NCBI GenBank assembly: GCA_017522615.1
Contig: JAFWYR010000019.1
Coordinates: 21,903-85,902, forward strand
Reading direction: 5' to 3'
Length of the DNA stretch: 64,000 nucleotides
DNA from: Bacilli bacterium
Lineage (GTDB): Bacteria; Bacillota_I; Bacilli_A; RF39; UBA660
This document shows positions 9,293-19,561 of this stretch, piece by piece. How positions within the stretch are numbered: the first letter of the stretch is position 1; every line of letters begins with the position of its first letter. The position numbers were made by a program, and so were the translations under genes. Below the pieces are notes generated by a model that had not been told where the DNA came from, did not search any database, and saw only the letters and a list, made by a program, of their open reading frames with translations.

Positions 9293-10252
9293 ATGGATTT
9301 GGAAAATGTTGTAGTAAAAAAAGATCCAGTAATTATTTTTATGGGGACACCAGATTTTAGTGTTCCAGTATTAGAGGGTCTTATAGAAAAATATGGTGTT
9401 AGAGCTATTGTTACTCAGCCTGATAAACCAGTAGGTAGAAGTGGAGAAGTTAGAATTACTCCTATAAAAGAGGTGGCTATTAAAAATAATATTTTATGTC
9501 TTCAACCTGTTAAAATTAGAGATTCTGTAGATGAAATACGTCAGCTTAATCCTGATTTAATTGTAACTTGTGCTTATGGGCAAATTCTTCCTTTAGATTT
9601 GTTAAAAATTCCTTCTTTAGGTTGTATAAATGTTCACGCATCTTTACTTCCTAAATTGCGTGGTGGAGCTCCTATTCATCATGCAATTATAGATGGCTAT
9701 TCTAAAACTGGAGTGACTATTATGTATATGGCTGAAGGTATGGATAGTGGTGATATAATTAGCCAAAAAGAGATAGAAATAGGGGATGAAGAAACTGCTT
9801 CTTCTTTACATGATAAATTAAAGATTCTAGGTAGGGATTTGCTTTTAGAAACTTTACCTAGTATAATTAATGGTACTAATAGTAGAACAGTTCAAGATGA
9901 AGCAGAAGTGACTTATGGGTATAATATTTCTAGAGAAGATGAGAGGATTAAATTTGACGGTACCAAAAGAAAAGTATTTAATCAAATTAGAGGACTTAAT
10001 TCTTGGCCTGGAGCTTACTGTGAATTGGATGGAAAAATAATTAAGGTTTGGGAGTGTTATAAGACTCTTGAAGTGTATGATAGAAAAGTAAACGGGGAGA
10101 TAACTAAGTTATATCCGGATGGTATTGGAGTTAAGGTTGGAAATGGAGAAGTTGTACTCACTATTATTCAACCTGAAGGTAAAAAAAGAATGAAAGCATC
10201 TGATTTTATAAATGGTTATCACGGAGAATTAGTTGGAAAGATTTTGAGGTAA
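9293..10252 (+). CDS. fmt: Methionyl-tRNA formyltransferase
   Basis: 'IIFMGTPDFSV', 'NVHASLLPKLRGGAPI' (the formyltransferase SLLP motif), and the C-terminal Fmt domain. Confidence 0.85.
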   Translation: MDLENVVVKKDPVIIFMGTPDFSVPVLEGLIEKYGVRAIVTQPDKPVGRSGEVRITPIKEVAIKNNILCLQPVKIRDSVDEIRQLNPDLIVTCAYGQILPLDLLKIPSLGCINVHASLLPKLRGGAPIHHAIIDGYSKTGVTIMYMAEGMDSGDIISQKEIEIGDEETASSLHDKLKILGRDLLLETLPSIINGTNSRTVQDEAEVTYGYNISREDERIKFDGTKRKVFNQIRGLNSWPGAYCELDGKIIKVWECYKTLEVYDRKVNGEITKLYPDGIGVKVGNGEVVLTIIQPEGKKRMKASDFINGYHGELVGKILR

Positions 10253-10253
10253 T

Positions 10254-10949
10254 ATGTTTAAAAAATTAAAGGATAAAGAGGTATATAAAAAATATAAAAA
10301 ATTAAAAGATAATCCACAAAAGAGTGCGAAAATATCACTTGCTTTTTGGTTAATATTATTTGTCATTCTAATATTATTTGCTAGAGTAAATGTTAATCAT
10401 GTTTCAAATAATGATTCTAGAAATAATAAACAATATAGTGTTAATAGATATGAATATGTTTACAGCAACGAAAAAGTAAAAGTATTTGGTTACTATTATA
10501 ATTCCAAGCAGTTATTTACTGTTGGTAATGAGAAATATTATTATAATGGTAGTAATGTATATATAGAGAGTAATCATAATATGAGTTTAGTACCTGAATT
10601 TAATTTAGATATATTAAAAATTGATTATAGCTTTTTATCTAAACTTAAAAGTGGTATAAATTCTGTTAAAAAAGATAGTTTTGATAGATATATTATTCCT
10701 TTAACTAATTTTGTAAGTCTATTTGATGGTGATACTCCAGTTGATTTAAGTGGTATAGATAATTATAATATTATTGTTGATGAGTACTTTGAAGATAATA
10801 ATCTTATTATGGTAAAGGTTGATCTAAGTAGTTATTATAATTACCGTGGCACCGAAAATGACGGAATTTTAACAATTGATTTTTATAATATTAATAATAT
10901 TAATGATTTTACTAAAGAATATGAAAGGATACTTAGGGTGATTAAATGA
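10254..10949 (+). CDS. Membrane-anchored protein, unknown function
   Basis: N-terminal basic stretch plus a single TM ('ISLAFWLILFVILILFA'), then a Tyr/Asn-rich extracytoplasmic domain. Translationally coupled to fmt and the next ORF. Confidence 0.4.
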   Translation: MFKKLKDKEVYKKYKKLKDNPQKSAKISLAFWLILFVILILFARVNVNHVSNNDSRNNKQYSVNRYEYVYSNEKVKVFGYYYNSKQLFTVGNEKYYYNGSNVYIESNHNMSLVPEFNLDILKIDYSFLSKLKSGINSVKKDSFDRYIIPLTNFVSLFDGDTPVDLSGIDNYNIIVDEYFEDNNLIMVKVDLSSYYNYRGTENDGILTIDFYNINNINDFTKEYERILRVIK

Positions 10950-11254
10950 GCATTCCATTAGTTATATTTATAATTGCGTTGGTTTTAGTTGTTGTTTTTT
11001 ACAAAGATGTAAGGGCTTTTGTATATTTTGTCGTTATGACAGATATATTTTTAAGGCTTGTGACTTATCTGAAAATAAATATAATTAAAGATACAGCATT
11101 TTCATTTTTGAATGCGATTCCAGCTGATGTTCCAGACATTATTAGATCATTTGATTTAGGAGTTGTAACAGAAATATTGATATTTGTTTATGTTATAACA
11201 TATATAGTGTTTGAAATATTTTTAGTTAGATTATTTGTAAAAAGAAAATTTTAA
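10946..11254 (+). CDS. Small membrane protein, unknown function
   Basis: 102 aa with 3 predicted TM helices; ATGA overlap with the upstream gene. Confidence 0.35.
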   Translation: MSIPLVIFIIALVLVVVFYKDVRAFVYFVVMTDIFLRLVTYLKINIIKDTAFSFLNAIPADVPDIIRSFDLGVVTEILIFVYVITYIVFEIFLVRLFVKRKF

Positions 11255-11284
11255 TAAAAAACAGTTATTATTTTGATAACTGTT

Positions 11285-12130
11285 TTAACTTTTTTTGAAA
11301 TGATAAAGTTTTGTTGTTACAATGTGGACGTTTTTCTTTGTTTTTACCTCTTCATTTGTCAGATTTATTTCATTATTTTCTAAAGGTTTTATTTCTTCAT
11401 TTACCGGATTTATTATAATATTTTCTTTTTTATTATTTTTCTCATTTGATATTGTTTTTTCTATTTGAATGTTTTCAGATTTTATCTCTTTATTATTTGA
11501 GTTATCTTCTATAAAAATTGGATTTTGAGCTTTCTTTTTAAAGTCTTTTTTTACTTTAGCTGTACTTAAGTTAATAAGTTTTGTGATAATTCTTTTACCT
11601 ATTAGTAAAGTCGTCCAAATTGTAAAGGTTATGGTTGTAGATTCAATTAATATAAGTATTTTTTGATTTTTGTATACTTCTTCAGAATAAATGTTTATGT
11701 TGTTAATTATTATTTCATCTAGTGTATATACCATGATAAACATTATTATGGTATAGAAGATTGTATTTATTATTTTTTCATAGTTTTTTTTCTTTTTTTG
11801 AGTTATTAGTTCTAAATATAATATGTTGGATAAAATAATTATTATTACGTATGTAGCAAGATTTGGAAAGAATATTTGCATGAATACATTATTTATAAAA
11901 TTGTCAAATAAAATTGATAGGTAAGTGTTATATTTAAATAATATAAAAAGTATTATAAATCCCCAACTTATTAAAAATAATTTCCTACCAATTGTTTTTT
12001 TTCTTTTGATGTTGATTATGATTGTGGTTAGAAATAATAAGCCTAATATAATGAATATTATAGATTCTTTTGATGAAAATATTATTTCTTTTAAAGTAGA
12101 TAAGAAACTACTTACTGATATTTTAATCAT
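11285..12130 (-). CDS. Polytopic membrane protein with charged C-terminal tail, co-transcribed with the sortase
   Basis: 281 aa, about 6 TM helices, Lys/Glu/Asn-rich tail. Its start overlaps the sortase stop (ATGA). Confidence 0.45.
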   Translation of the reverse strand: MIKISVSSFLSTLKEIIFSSKESIIFIILGLLFLTTIIINIKRKKTIGRKLFLISWGFIILFILFKYNTYLSILFDNFINNVFMQIFFPNLATYVIIIILSNILYLELITQKKKKNYEKIINTIFYTIIMFIMVYTLDEIIINNINIYSEEVYKNQKILILIESTTITFTIWTTLLIGKRIITKLINLSTAKVKKDFKKKAQNPIFIEDNSNNKEIKSENIQIEKTISNEKNNKKENIIINPVNEEIKPLENNEINLTNEEVKTKKNVHIVTTKLYHFKKS

Positions 12131-12777
12131 TATATCCCTTCTTTTCCAATTAATTCACTTATGTATACGGTTTGAGTTGTTTCATCATTTTTGGTACATG
12201 TAATTAAAGTGACAATATTTTTATCCGCGTTTCTATATATAGATACTTTACCGTTTTTTGGAGTCGTGTATATATTTACAATATTATAAATATATTTTTC
12301 TCCATTATAAATTATGTATATTTTATCATCATTATTTAATTTATATAAATTTTTAAAATAGGCGATGTTACTAGTACCTGAGTGAGCAGCTAATATAAGA
12401 TTACCATTTACAACATCCGGATAGTTTGATGGATAGATAGTTTGTATATTCATATCGACGTTGTTTTCTTCAGAATCCATGGGAACCAGTCCTTGTTTTA
12501 AATTTATTTTTGGTATTTCAAGATAGCCATAGTAATTGGTATTTTGTACTGTTTCAGGGGTATTATTATTGTTTACTATATTGTTTTCTTCTTTTGAATT
12601 TTTATTTATAACTTTCGGAGTTGTATTACCATATAAATTTAAATTTATACTTTCAAATGTTTGACGTATTTTAGATATAGTATAGTCGTAGGTTAGAAAG
12701 ATTATTCCTATAATACCTATAGTAAACATGATGATGATTATGATTTTGTTTCTTTTAATGATCTTTTTTTCTTCCAA
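12130..12777 (-). CDS. Sortase-family transpeptidase
   Basis: N-terminal TM anchor; 'LAAHSG' (His box) and 'TLITC' (catalytic Cys in the TLxTC motif); C-terminal 'YISEL'. Confidence 0.7.
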   Translation of the reverse strand: MEEKKIIKRNKIIIIIMFTIGIIGIIFLTYDYTISKIRQTFESINLNLYGNTTPKVINKNSKEENNIVNNNNTPETVQNTNYYGYLEIPKINLKQGLVPMDSEENNVDMNIQTIYPSNYPDVVNGNLILAAHSGTSNIAYFKNLYKLNNDDKIYIIYNGEKYIYNIVNIYTTPKNGKVSIYRNADKNIVTLITCTKNDETTQTVYISELIGKEGI

Positions 12778-12919
12778 TTTTCATCATCTACCTTCTCTTA
12801 TTATTCTAACATTTATGATATATTAAAGTCAAAATAATTATGATATTTTTTAAAAATAATTGTGATTTCTTTGAAAGTTATCCTTCATTTGTTATAATGG
12901 ATATAGGAGTTGGTAGTAT

Positions 12920-13471
12920 ATGTATGCATATATAAAAGGTTTTATTAAAGAGATTGAAAGTAATTATATAGTTGTGGATAACAATGGGATTGGTTATTTA
13001 ATTTATACGGCAAGTCCATATTCGTTTGATATAGATAAAGAATATACGATTTATTTATATCAATATGTTAGAGAAGATGAGATAAGTTTGTACGGATTTA
13101 AAACTTTAGAAGAGAAGGAATTATTTTTAAGATTAATTGGAGTTAAAGGACTTGGGTGTAAGATGGCTTTACCTATGCTGGCGACTGGTTCTCCAGCAGG
13201 GATTATAGATGCGATTGAAAGAGAAAATATTTTATACTTAAAGAAATTTCCTAAGATTGGAGATAAAGTTGCCCGTCAGATAATACTTGATTTAAAAGGC
13301 AAGTTAGCTACAAGTAGTAATGAAAGTAATCCTAAATCTGATGAATTACTTGAAGCTCTTAGAAGTTTAGGATATAAAAATAGTGATATTAATAAAGTTG
13401 TAAAACAGATTGATCCATCATTAGAACTAGAAAAGCAGATAAAAGAGGCTTTAAAATTATTACTTAAATAA
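12920..13471 (+). CDS. ruvA: Holliday junction DNA helicase subunit RuvA
   Basis: 'MYAYIKGFI...GIGYLIY' OB-fold N-terminus, HhH 'GVKGLGCKMAL' and 'IPGIGKK'-like segment, C-terminal domain III. Confidence 0.9.
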   Translation: MYAYIKGFIKEIESNYIVVDNNGIGYLIYTASPYSFDIDKEYTIYLYQYVREDEISLYGFKTLEEKELFLRLIGVKGLGCKMALPMLATGSPAGIIDAIERENILYLKKFPKIGDKVARQIILDLKGKLATSSNESNPKSDELLEALRSLGYKNSDINKVVKQIDPSLELEKQIKEALKLLLK

Positions 13472-13482
13472 GGAGTTTAGTT

Positions 13483-14088
13483 ATGGTAAAACTTAATTTT
13501 AAATATGCGACGATGAATGCTGGAAAAAGTATTGATTTAATTAGAACAGCTTACAATTATGAAGAAAATGGTTTTAAGGTTTTAGTGATGAAACCAGCTA
13601 TTGATACTAAAGCTGATGATTATGTAATATCGAGGATAGGTATTTCTAGAAAAGTAGATTATTTAATAGATGGTAGTGTATATGAAGTATTAAAAGGTAA
13701 ATTAGATGGTGTTAATTGTATATTAATTGATGAAGCTCAGTTTTTAAGTAAAGAGCAAGTTGATGAATTATATATGATTACTAAAGCTTTTGATATTCCG
13801 GTTATTGCTTTTGGACTCAAAGTAAATTTTAAAGGTGAGTTATTTGAAGGAAGTAAGAGACTTATTGAACTTGGAGAAGAGTTATCGGAAATTCCAACGA
13901 TGTGTGCGTGCGGAGAGATTGCAAGAATGGTTGGAAGAAAAGTAAACGGGGAATATACATTAGATGGTGAAGAAGTCGTAATAGATGGAAGTGAAGAGAA
14001 GATAGAATATATTCCTCTTTGTGGTAAATGTTATTTAGAAAAAGTTATGAAAAAAGATTTTAAAAAATTTGCTCGGAAGATGAGGTGA
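13483..14088 (+). CDS. tdk: Thymidine kinase
   Basis: P-loop 'ATMNAGKS', 'IDEAQF', and C-terminal zinc ribbon 'CACGE...CGKC'. Confidence 0.9.
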   Translation: MVKLNFKYATMNAGKSIDLIRTAYNYEENGFKVLVMKPAIDTKADDYVISRIGISRKVDYLIDGSVYEVLKGKLDGVNCILIDEAQFLSKEQVDELYMITKAFDIPVIAFGLKVNFKGELFEGSKRLIELGEELSEIPTMCACGEIARMVGRKVNGEYTLDGEEVVIDGSEEKIEYIPLCGKCYLEKVMKKDFKKFARKMR

Positions 14089-14094
14089 TAGATA

Positions 14095-15099
14095 ATGGCT
14101 AAAAGAGTTGTCAGTAGCGATAAATTAAATGAAGATAATACTGAAAGTACTTTAAGACCGATAAGTTTAAGTGAATATATTGGGCAAAGTGAGTTAAAAG
14201 AAAATTTAGATATATTTATGAAGGCAGCTAGAATGAGAGATGAAGCATTAGATCATGTTTTATTATATGGACCACCTGGACTTGGTAAAACTACTATGGC
14301 TTATATAATTGCGAACGAGATGGGAACTAATATTAAAACAACTAGTGGACCTGCGATTGAAAAAAGTGGAGATTTAGCGGCTGTTTTATCTACTTTAGAA
14401 CCAGGTGATGTTTTGTTTATAGATGAGATACATAGGATACCTAGATTTGTCGAGGAAATTCTTTATTCGGCAATGGAAGATTTTAAATTAGATATAGTCG
14501 TTGGAACTGATGCTTCTTCTAGAAGTATAAGTATAGATTTACCTAGATTTACTTTAGTTGGGGCAACTACTAGAGCTGGTGATTTAACTGGTCCTTTACG
14601 CGATAGGTTTGGTATTGTATCTAGACTTAATTTTTATACTCATGATGAGCTTAAAGATATAGTACTTAGAACAAGTAGGGTTTTAGATAGTCCAATAAGT
14701 GAAGATGCGGCTTATGAACTTGCGAAAAGGAGTAGAGGAACTCCGCGTATTGCGAATAGGTTATTTAAAAGAGTTAGGGATTTTGCTTTAGTAGAGGGTA
14801 AAAAAGAGATAGATTTAGATATAACAGATGTCGCACTTGATAAATTAAAGGTAGATGCTTTTGGCTTAGATTCAACTGACTATAGTATACTAGAGGCTAT
14901 TATAGATAAGTTTAGTGGAGGACCAGTTGGAATAGATGCTTTAGCCTCTTCAATTGGAGAAGAAGCTTCTACTATAGAAGATGTTTATGAACCATATTTA
15001 CTTCAAAACGGATTTTTAAAAAGAACATCTCGCGGTAGAATGGTTACGGAAAAAACTTATAAATATTTGAAAAAGAAATCTCAAGATACTTTATTTTAA
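14095..15099 (+). CDS. ruvB: Holliday junction DNA helicase subunit RuvB
   Basis: 'GPPGLGKTT' Walker A, 'FIDEIHR' Walker B/sensor, 'RFGI' arginine finger region. Confidence 0.95.
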   Translation: MAKRVVSSDKLNEDNTESTLRPISLSEYIGQSELKENLDIFMKAARMRDEALDHVLLYGPPGLGKTTMAYIIANEMGTNIKTTSGPAIEKSGDLAAVLSTLEPGDVLFIDEIHRIPRFVEEILYSAMEDFKLDIVVGTDASSRSISIDLPRFTLVGATTRAGDLTGPLRDRFGIVSRLNFYTHDELKDIVLRTSRVLDSPISEDAAYELAKRSRGTPRIANRLFKRVRDFALVEGKKEIDLDITDVALDKLKVDAFGLDSTDYSILEAIIDKFSGGPVGIDALASSIGEEASTIEDVYEPYLLQNGFLKRTSRGRMVTEKTYKYLKKKSQDTLF

Positions 15100-15295
15100 G
15101 GTATCTTTTTAGTATAATTAATTTTTGTGAGGTTTAAAAGTATTATTGTTTGTATGAGATACTTCCTATATGGGAATTGTTTAAGAAAAATTATTGATTT
15201 AAGTTATAACAAATCTTTATAATCATCATTGACCGACAAACAAACGCTATGTATAATATTTGTGTAGGAGTTGATGTTTTAAGGAGGCTTTTTAA

Positions 15296-16159
15296 TTGAA
15301 AAATGAAATTATTATCTTTGAGAATCAAGATGTAAAATTGGAAGTAAATATGAAAGATGAGACAGTTTGGCTTTCGCAACAGCAGATGTCGGAATTATTT
15401 GATTCATCAAGAACAAATATAGTTGAACATATTAATAATATTTATTCAGATGGTGAACTTGAAAAGAGTTCAACTTGTCAAGATTTCCGACAGGTTCGAA
15501 AAGAAGGTAAAAGAGAGGTTGTCAGAAATATACCTTTCTATAGTCTTGATATGATTATTTCGGTTGGATATCGTGTTAATAGTAAAAAGGGTATTGTGTT
15601 TAGAAAATGGGCAAATAGTGTATTAAAAGAATATTTATTAAAAGGGTATGCAGTTAATCGAAAAAGACTTGAATGTTTAGAAAAAACTGTTAAATTAATA
15701 GATATTGCAAATAGAAATATTGATATAAATGAAAATGATGCGAAGGAAATAATTAAAGTTATTGGTGATTATTCTAAAGCATAAGATTTACTAGATGATT
15801 ATGATCATAAAACTTTATTTAAACCTAAAGGAAGTAGTAGTAATAAAAGAATTCAGTATAATGAGTGTATGGCTATTGTTTCTCAGTTAAAGTTTAATGA
15901 AAAAAGTGATATTTTTGCTTTGGAAAGGAATATGGGGTTAAAGTCTATTATCGATAATATCTATCAAACTTTTGATGGAAATAAAAGGATTGCAGCTACA
16001 TTATTTATTTACTTTTTATTTTATTACAATATATTGTATAAAGGTGAAGAACATATAATTGACAATAATACTTTAGCTGCTTTAACTCTATTAGTTGCTG
16101 AATCTAATCCTAAAGAAAAAGAATTATTAATAGATTTGATTATGAATTTTTTATTGTAA
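15296..16159 (+). pseudogene. RhuM-family (virulence-protein RhuM / Fic-Doc-like C-terminus) gene interrupted by a single in-frame TAA
   Basis: TTG start with 'AAGGAGG' SD. N-terminal part (15296-15784) matches the RhuM N-domain ('ETVWLSQQQMSELF'). The same frame continues without further stops into 15785-16159, which carries the 'DGNKRIA' Fic/Doc-like motif. The only interruption is the TAA at 15782-15784. Confidence 0.6.
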
Positions 16160-16172
16160 AGGTTGTGAGAAA

Positions 16173-17195
16173 ATGAAAGTTGAAGAATTTGATTTTGATT
16201 TACCACAGGAGTTAATTGCGCAAACTCCTCTAAAAGAAAGAGATGCTTCTAGGTTACTTGTTTTAGATAAAAAAACTGGGGAGATAGAACATAAACATTT
16301 TTCAGATATTATTGATTATTTGGAGGAAGGAGATACTTTAGTTTTAAATGATACTAAGGTTATTCCAGCTCGTTTAATTGGAGAAAAAGAAGAAACTTTA
16401 GCGGTTATTGAAATTTTAATGCTTAAAGACAAGGGTAACGATGTTTGGGAATGTTTGTGTAAACCGGCTAAAAGAATTAAAGTTGGTACTGTAGTTAGAT
16501 TTGGAGAAAAATTAAAAGCTAGATGCACTTTTAAAGGTGAAGAGGGCATATGTGAATTTAAATTAATATATGATGGTATATTATACGAAATATTAGATGA
16601 ACTTGGTGAGATGCCACTTCCACCTTATATACATGAGAAACTATCTGATAAAGATAGATATCAAACTGTCTATGCGAAGAATATCGGTTCGGCAGCAGCG
16701 CCAACAGCTGGTCTTCATTTTACTGAAGAATTACTTAAGAAAATAGAAGAAAAAGGCGTTAATATTGCTTATGTTACACTTCATGTAGGACTTGGTACTT
16801 TTAGACCAGTTTCTGTGGATAATGTACTTGATCATAAGATGCATTCAGAATATTATGTGATGAGTGATGAAGTGGCTAAGTTACTTAACGATACTAAGAA
16901 AAGTGGTCATAAAATAATAAGTGTAGGAACTACATCAACTAGGACTTTGGAAACTGTTTATGGTTTATATGGAGAATTTAGAGGATGCTTTGGTAATACA
17001 TCAATATTTATATATCCTGGATATGAGTTTAAAGCTGTGGATAAACTTATTACTAATTTTCATTTACCTAAGTCTACTTTGGTAATGCTTGTTTCAGCAC
17101 TGGCTGGTAGAGAAAATATATTAAATGCTTATAATGAAGCTATTAAAGAGAGATATAGATTTTTCTCTTTTGGAGATGCGATGTTTATTAAATAG
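16173..17195 (+). CDS. queA: S-adenosylmethionine:tRNA ribosyltransferase-isomerase
   Basis: '[14 protein letters not shown]', '[10 protein letters not shown]', '[10 protein letters not shown]'; canonical position after ruvB. Confidence 0.9.
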   Translation: MKVEEFDFDLPQELIAQTPLKERDASRLLVLDKKTGEIEHKHFSDIIDYLEEGDTLVLNDTKVIPARLIGEKEETLAVIEILMLKDKGNDVWECLCKPAKRIKVGTVVRFGEKLKARCTFKGEEGICEFKLIYDGILYEILDELGEMPLPPYIHEKLSDKDRYQTVYAKNIGSAAAPTAGLHFTEELLKKIEEKGVNIAYVTLHVGLGTFRPVSVDNVLDHKMHSEYYVMSDEVAKLLNDTKKSGHKIISVGTTSTRTLETVYGLYGEFRGCFGNTSIFIYPGYEFKAVDKLITNFHLPKSTLVMLVSALAGRENILNAYNEAIKERYRFFSFGDAMFIK

Positions 17196-17267
17196 TAGAA
17201 AACTCAATTATTTTGCTAAGTGTTTTTTGAATTTTTAAATATATTATATATGAAATGAAGTGATTTT

Positions 17268-18140
17268 ATGGTTATAGTGGTTACTGGTCCTACGGCTACT
17301 GGTAAAAGTGAACTTGGAATTACCATAGCTAAAAAGTTAAATGGTGAGATTATAAATGCTGATAGTACACAAATATATAAAAATATGAATATTTGTACTA
17401 ATAAAATAAAAGATAAAGAAGGGATAGTTCATCATTTATTCGATTTAAAAGAGTTAGATGAAGATTATACGGTATATGATTTTCAAAGAGATTCTAGAAG
17501 AATAATAGATGATATTTTATCTAGAGGAAAAGTTCCTATTATAGTTGGTGGTACTGGACTTTATATAAATGCGTGTTTATATGATTATGAGTTTGAAGAT
17601 AGAATAAAAGAGGATTACTCTGATTATAGTGATGATGAAGTATATGAGATGTTAATTAAAGTAGATCCTGATAATAAAATACATAAGAATAATAGAAAAA
17701 GAGTTATTAATGCTTTAAATTATTATAAAGCTACTGGAAAGCCTTATAGTTTAAAAGAGAAAAAACATAAATTACTTTATGATACTGTGTTTATAGGACT
17801 TACGACATCTAGAGATAATTTATATAAGAGAATTGACAATAGAGTAGATGATATGGTTAAAGAAGGATTAATTGATGAAGCATTAGAGTTATATAATTCT
17901 AATGTTAGAAGTAAGGCTGTTATGACACCGATTGGTCCTAAAGAATTATTTGAATATTTTGATGGGAAGATATCTAAGGAAGAAGCAATTAATTTAATTA
18001 AACAAAGAAGCCGAAGATATGCGAAAAGACAGTATACTTGGTTTAAGAATCAGATGAATTTAAAATGGTTTACAGTTAATTATGATGATTTTAATAAAAC
18101 TTGTGAAGAAGTATTAGAGTATATAAAAAGTATAGAATAA
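17268..18140 (+). CDS. miaA: tRNA dimethylallyltransferase
   Basis: P-loop 'GPTATGKS', 'GGTGLY', and C-terminal 'RQYAKRQ.TWF'. Confidence 0.9.
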   Translation: MVIVVTGPTATGKSELGITIAKKLNGEIINADSTQIYKNMNICTNKIKDKEGIVHHLFDLKELDEDYTVYDFQRDSRRIIDDILSRGKVPIIVGGTGLYINACLYDYEFEDRIKEDYSDYSDDEVYEMLIKVDPDNKIHKNNRKRVINALNYYKATGKPYSLKEKKHKLLYDTVFIGLTTSRDNLYKRIDNRVDDMVKEGLIDEALELYNSNVRSKAVMTPIGPKELFEYFDGKISKEEAINLIKQRSRRYAKRQYTWFKNQMNLKWFTVNYDDFNKTCEEVLEYIKSIE

Positions 18141-18143
18141 ATT

Positions 18144-19430
18144 CTATACAAATATTATAAAGAATGCGTATACTAGTATTCCTGTTATTATTCCACTTAG
18201 GAATGTAACTATACCTATTTCAATGAAGGCGTTTTTGTCTTCTTTTTTTGGTGGTTCAATTTTATATGCTCTTCCTTTTTCTTCATTTTTTTCTATTTCT
18301 GGATTTAGTTCAATTTGTAAGTTTTGATATAATTCTGAAATTTCTCTAAACATTTGCTGAGCTTCAGGAGGCAGAGTATAAAAATTAGACTCTATTTTAT
18401 TTTTTTCAATTACTTTTTTGTCTTCTTCTGATAATTCTTTATTTTGATATAATTTTAATAATATTCCTTTTATCTGATTTGTTATTGCTTGATTACTTAA
18501 TTCGTCTTCTAAGTTTTCAGTTTTTAAATCTTGAACTCCTAGTGATGTATTTTTTTCATTGTCGATGTTTTTTCTAGTTCCAAGTTTAACTGATGTGATA
18601 ATACCATTAATATCTCTTTCTATAGTCAGTAATTGCCAGCCATTTCCATAATCTACGAGTAGTGATTCACCAATTGTATTATCGTTTGAAGGCATGACAT
18701 CATATATTTCATTTATTCCGTAATTTTTTCTTAGGAAATCGGTTATTTCTTCGATATTGTTATCAAATGAGTTATATGTCGTCTCTGTTTTATGTTCGGT
18801 AAATCTATCTTTTTCTCTTTCAAATGAGTTATCAATTTCCATATCTAACTGTTCTTTGGAATTTAATTTATCAAAGTCTAGACTTCTTAAAACTTCTTCA
18901 TAGATATTAGTATCTGGATTAGTATGGGTTATTACATAAGGAATTCCGTTTTTTTCATATGTGATTGCAGATTTAGTATCAGTGATTTCAAATTCATTTA
19001 TTCCGTGATCTTGAAATATTGTTTTTAAATCTACATTTAGTTTTTCTTCAATTATTTCTTCTTTTTGTTTTACGTTGTCATTTTGCTTTTGAAAAGCCGA
19101 ATTTAGTTCTTCTAATTTATCTTCATAGGCTTTAAAAGTTTCATAATAAATGTTTTGATTATCTATGTTAAATTTTTTAAGACTGTTTAAAAATTCATTT
19201 TTTATTTCTTCTTCACTAATAAACATATTGTTTTTGATTTTATTTAATAATTCTTCACCGACTATTTGAACAATTCCAACTACGATGTTTTCAATGTGAA
19301 GGTCAAAATCTTCTTTAGTATTTAAGTTTATTTTTTTATAGTTTCCATTATAGTTAAAAACTGTTATATTTTTATTACTAAAAGCAAAAATATACATTTC
19401 TCCGTTTACAAATATTATTTTTTTATCCAT
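18144..19430 (-). CDS. Acidic tail-anchored protein (C-terminal TM), unknown function
   Basis: 428 aa, Glu/Asp/Asn-rich, with a single C-terminal TM 'IEIGIVTFLSGIITGILVYAFFIIFV'. Divergent from dinB. Confidence 0.5.
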   Translation of the reverse strand: MDKKIIFVNGEMYIFAFSNKNITVFNYNGNYKKINLNTKEDFDLHIENIVVGIVQIVGEELLNKIKNNMFISEEEIKNEFLNSLKKFNIDNQNIYYETFKAYEDKLEELNSAFQKQNDNVKQKEEIIEEKLNVDLKTIFQDHGINEFEITDTKSAITYEKNGIPYVITHTNPDTNIYEEVLRSLDFDKLNSKEQLDMEIDNSFEREKDRFTEHKTETTYNSFDNNIEEITDFLRKNYGINEIYDVMPSNDNTIGESLLVDYGNGWQLLTIERDINGIITSVKLGTRKNIDNEKNTSLGVQDLKTENLEDELSNQAITNQIKGILLKLYQNKELSEEDKKVIEKNKIESNFYTLPPEAQQMFREISELYQNLQIELNPEIEKNEEKGRAYKIEPPKKEDKNAFIEIGIVTFLSGIITGILVYAFFIIFV

Positions 19431-19561
19431 ACCATCACTTCCTATCTATATTGTATATTATTTTAGTTTAATTTTAAAGAAAATAATGTTTTATATTGAC
19501 ATTTGTGCGACACTCTTTTTTCGAACGGTTGTTTATGGTATAATGAATGTGGGTTGATAGT

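Noticed and set aside
16316-16549. 77-aa minus-strand ORF within queA
   Set aside because: Antisense to a highly conserved gene; no RBS.
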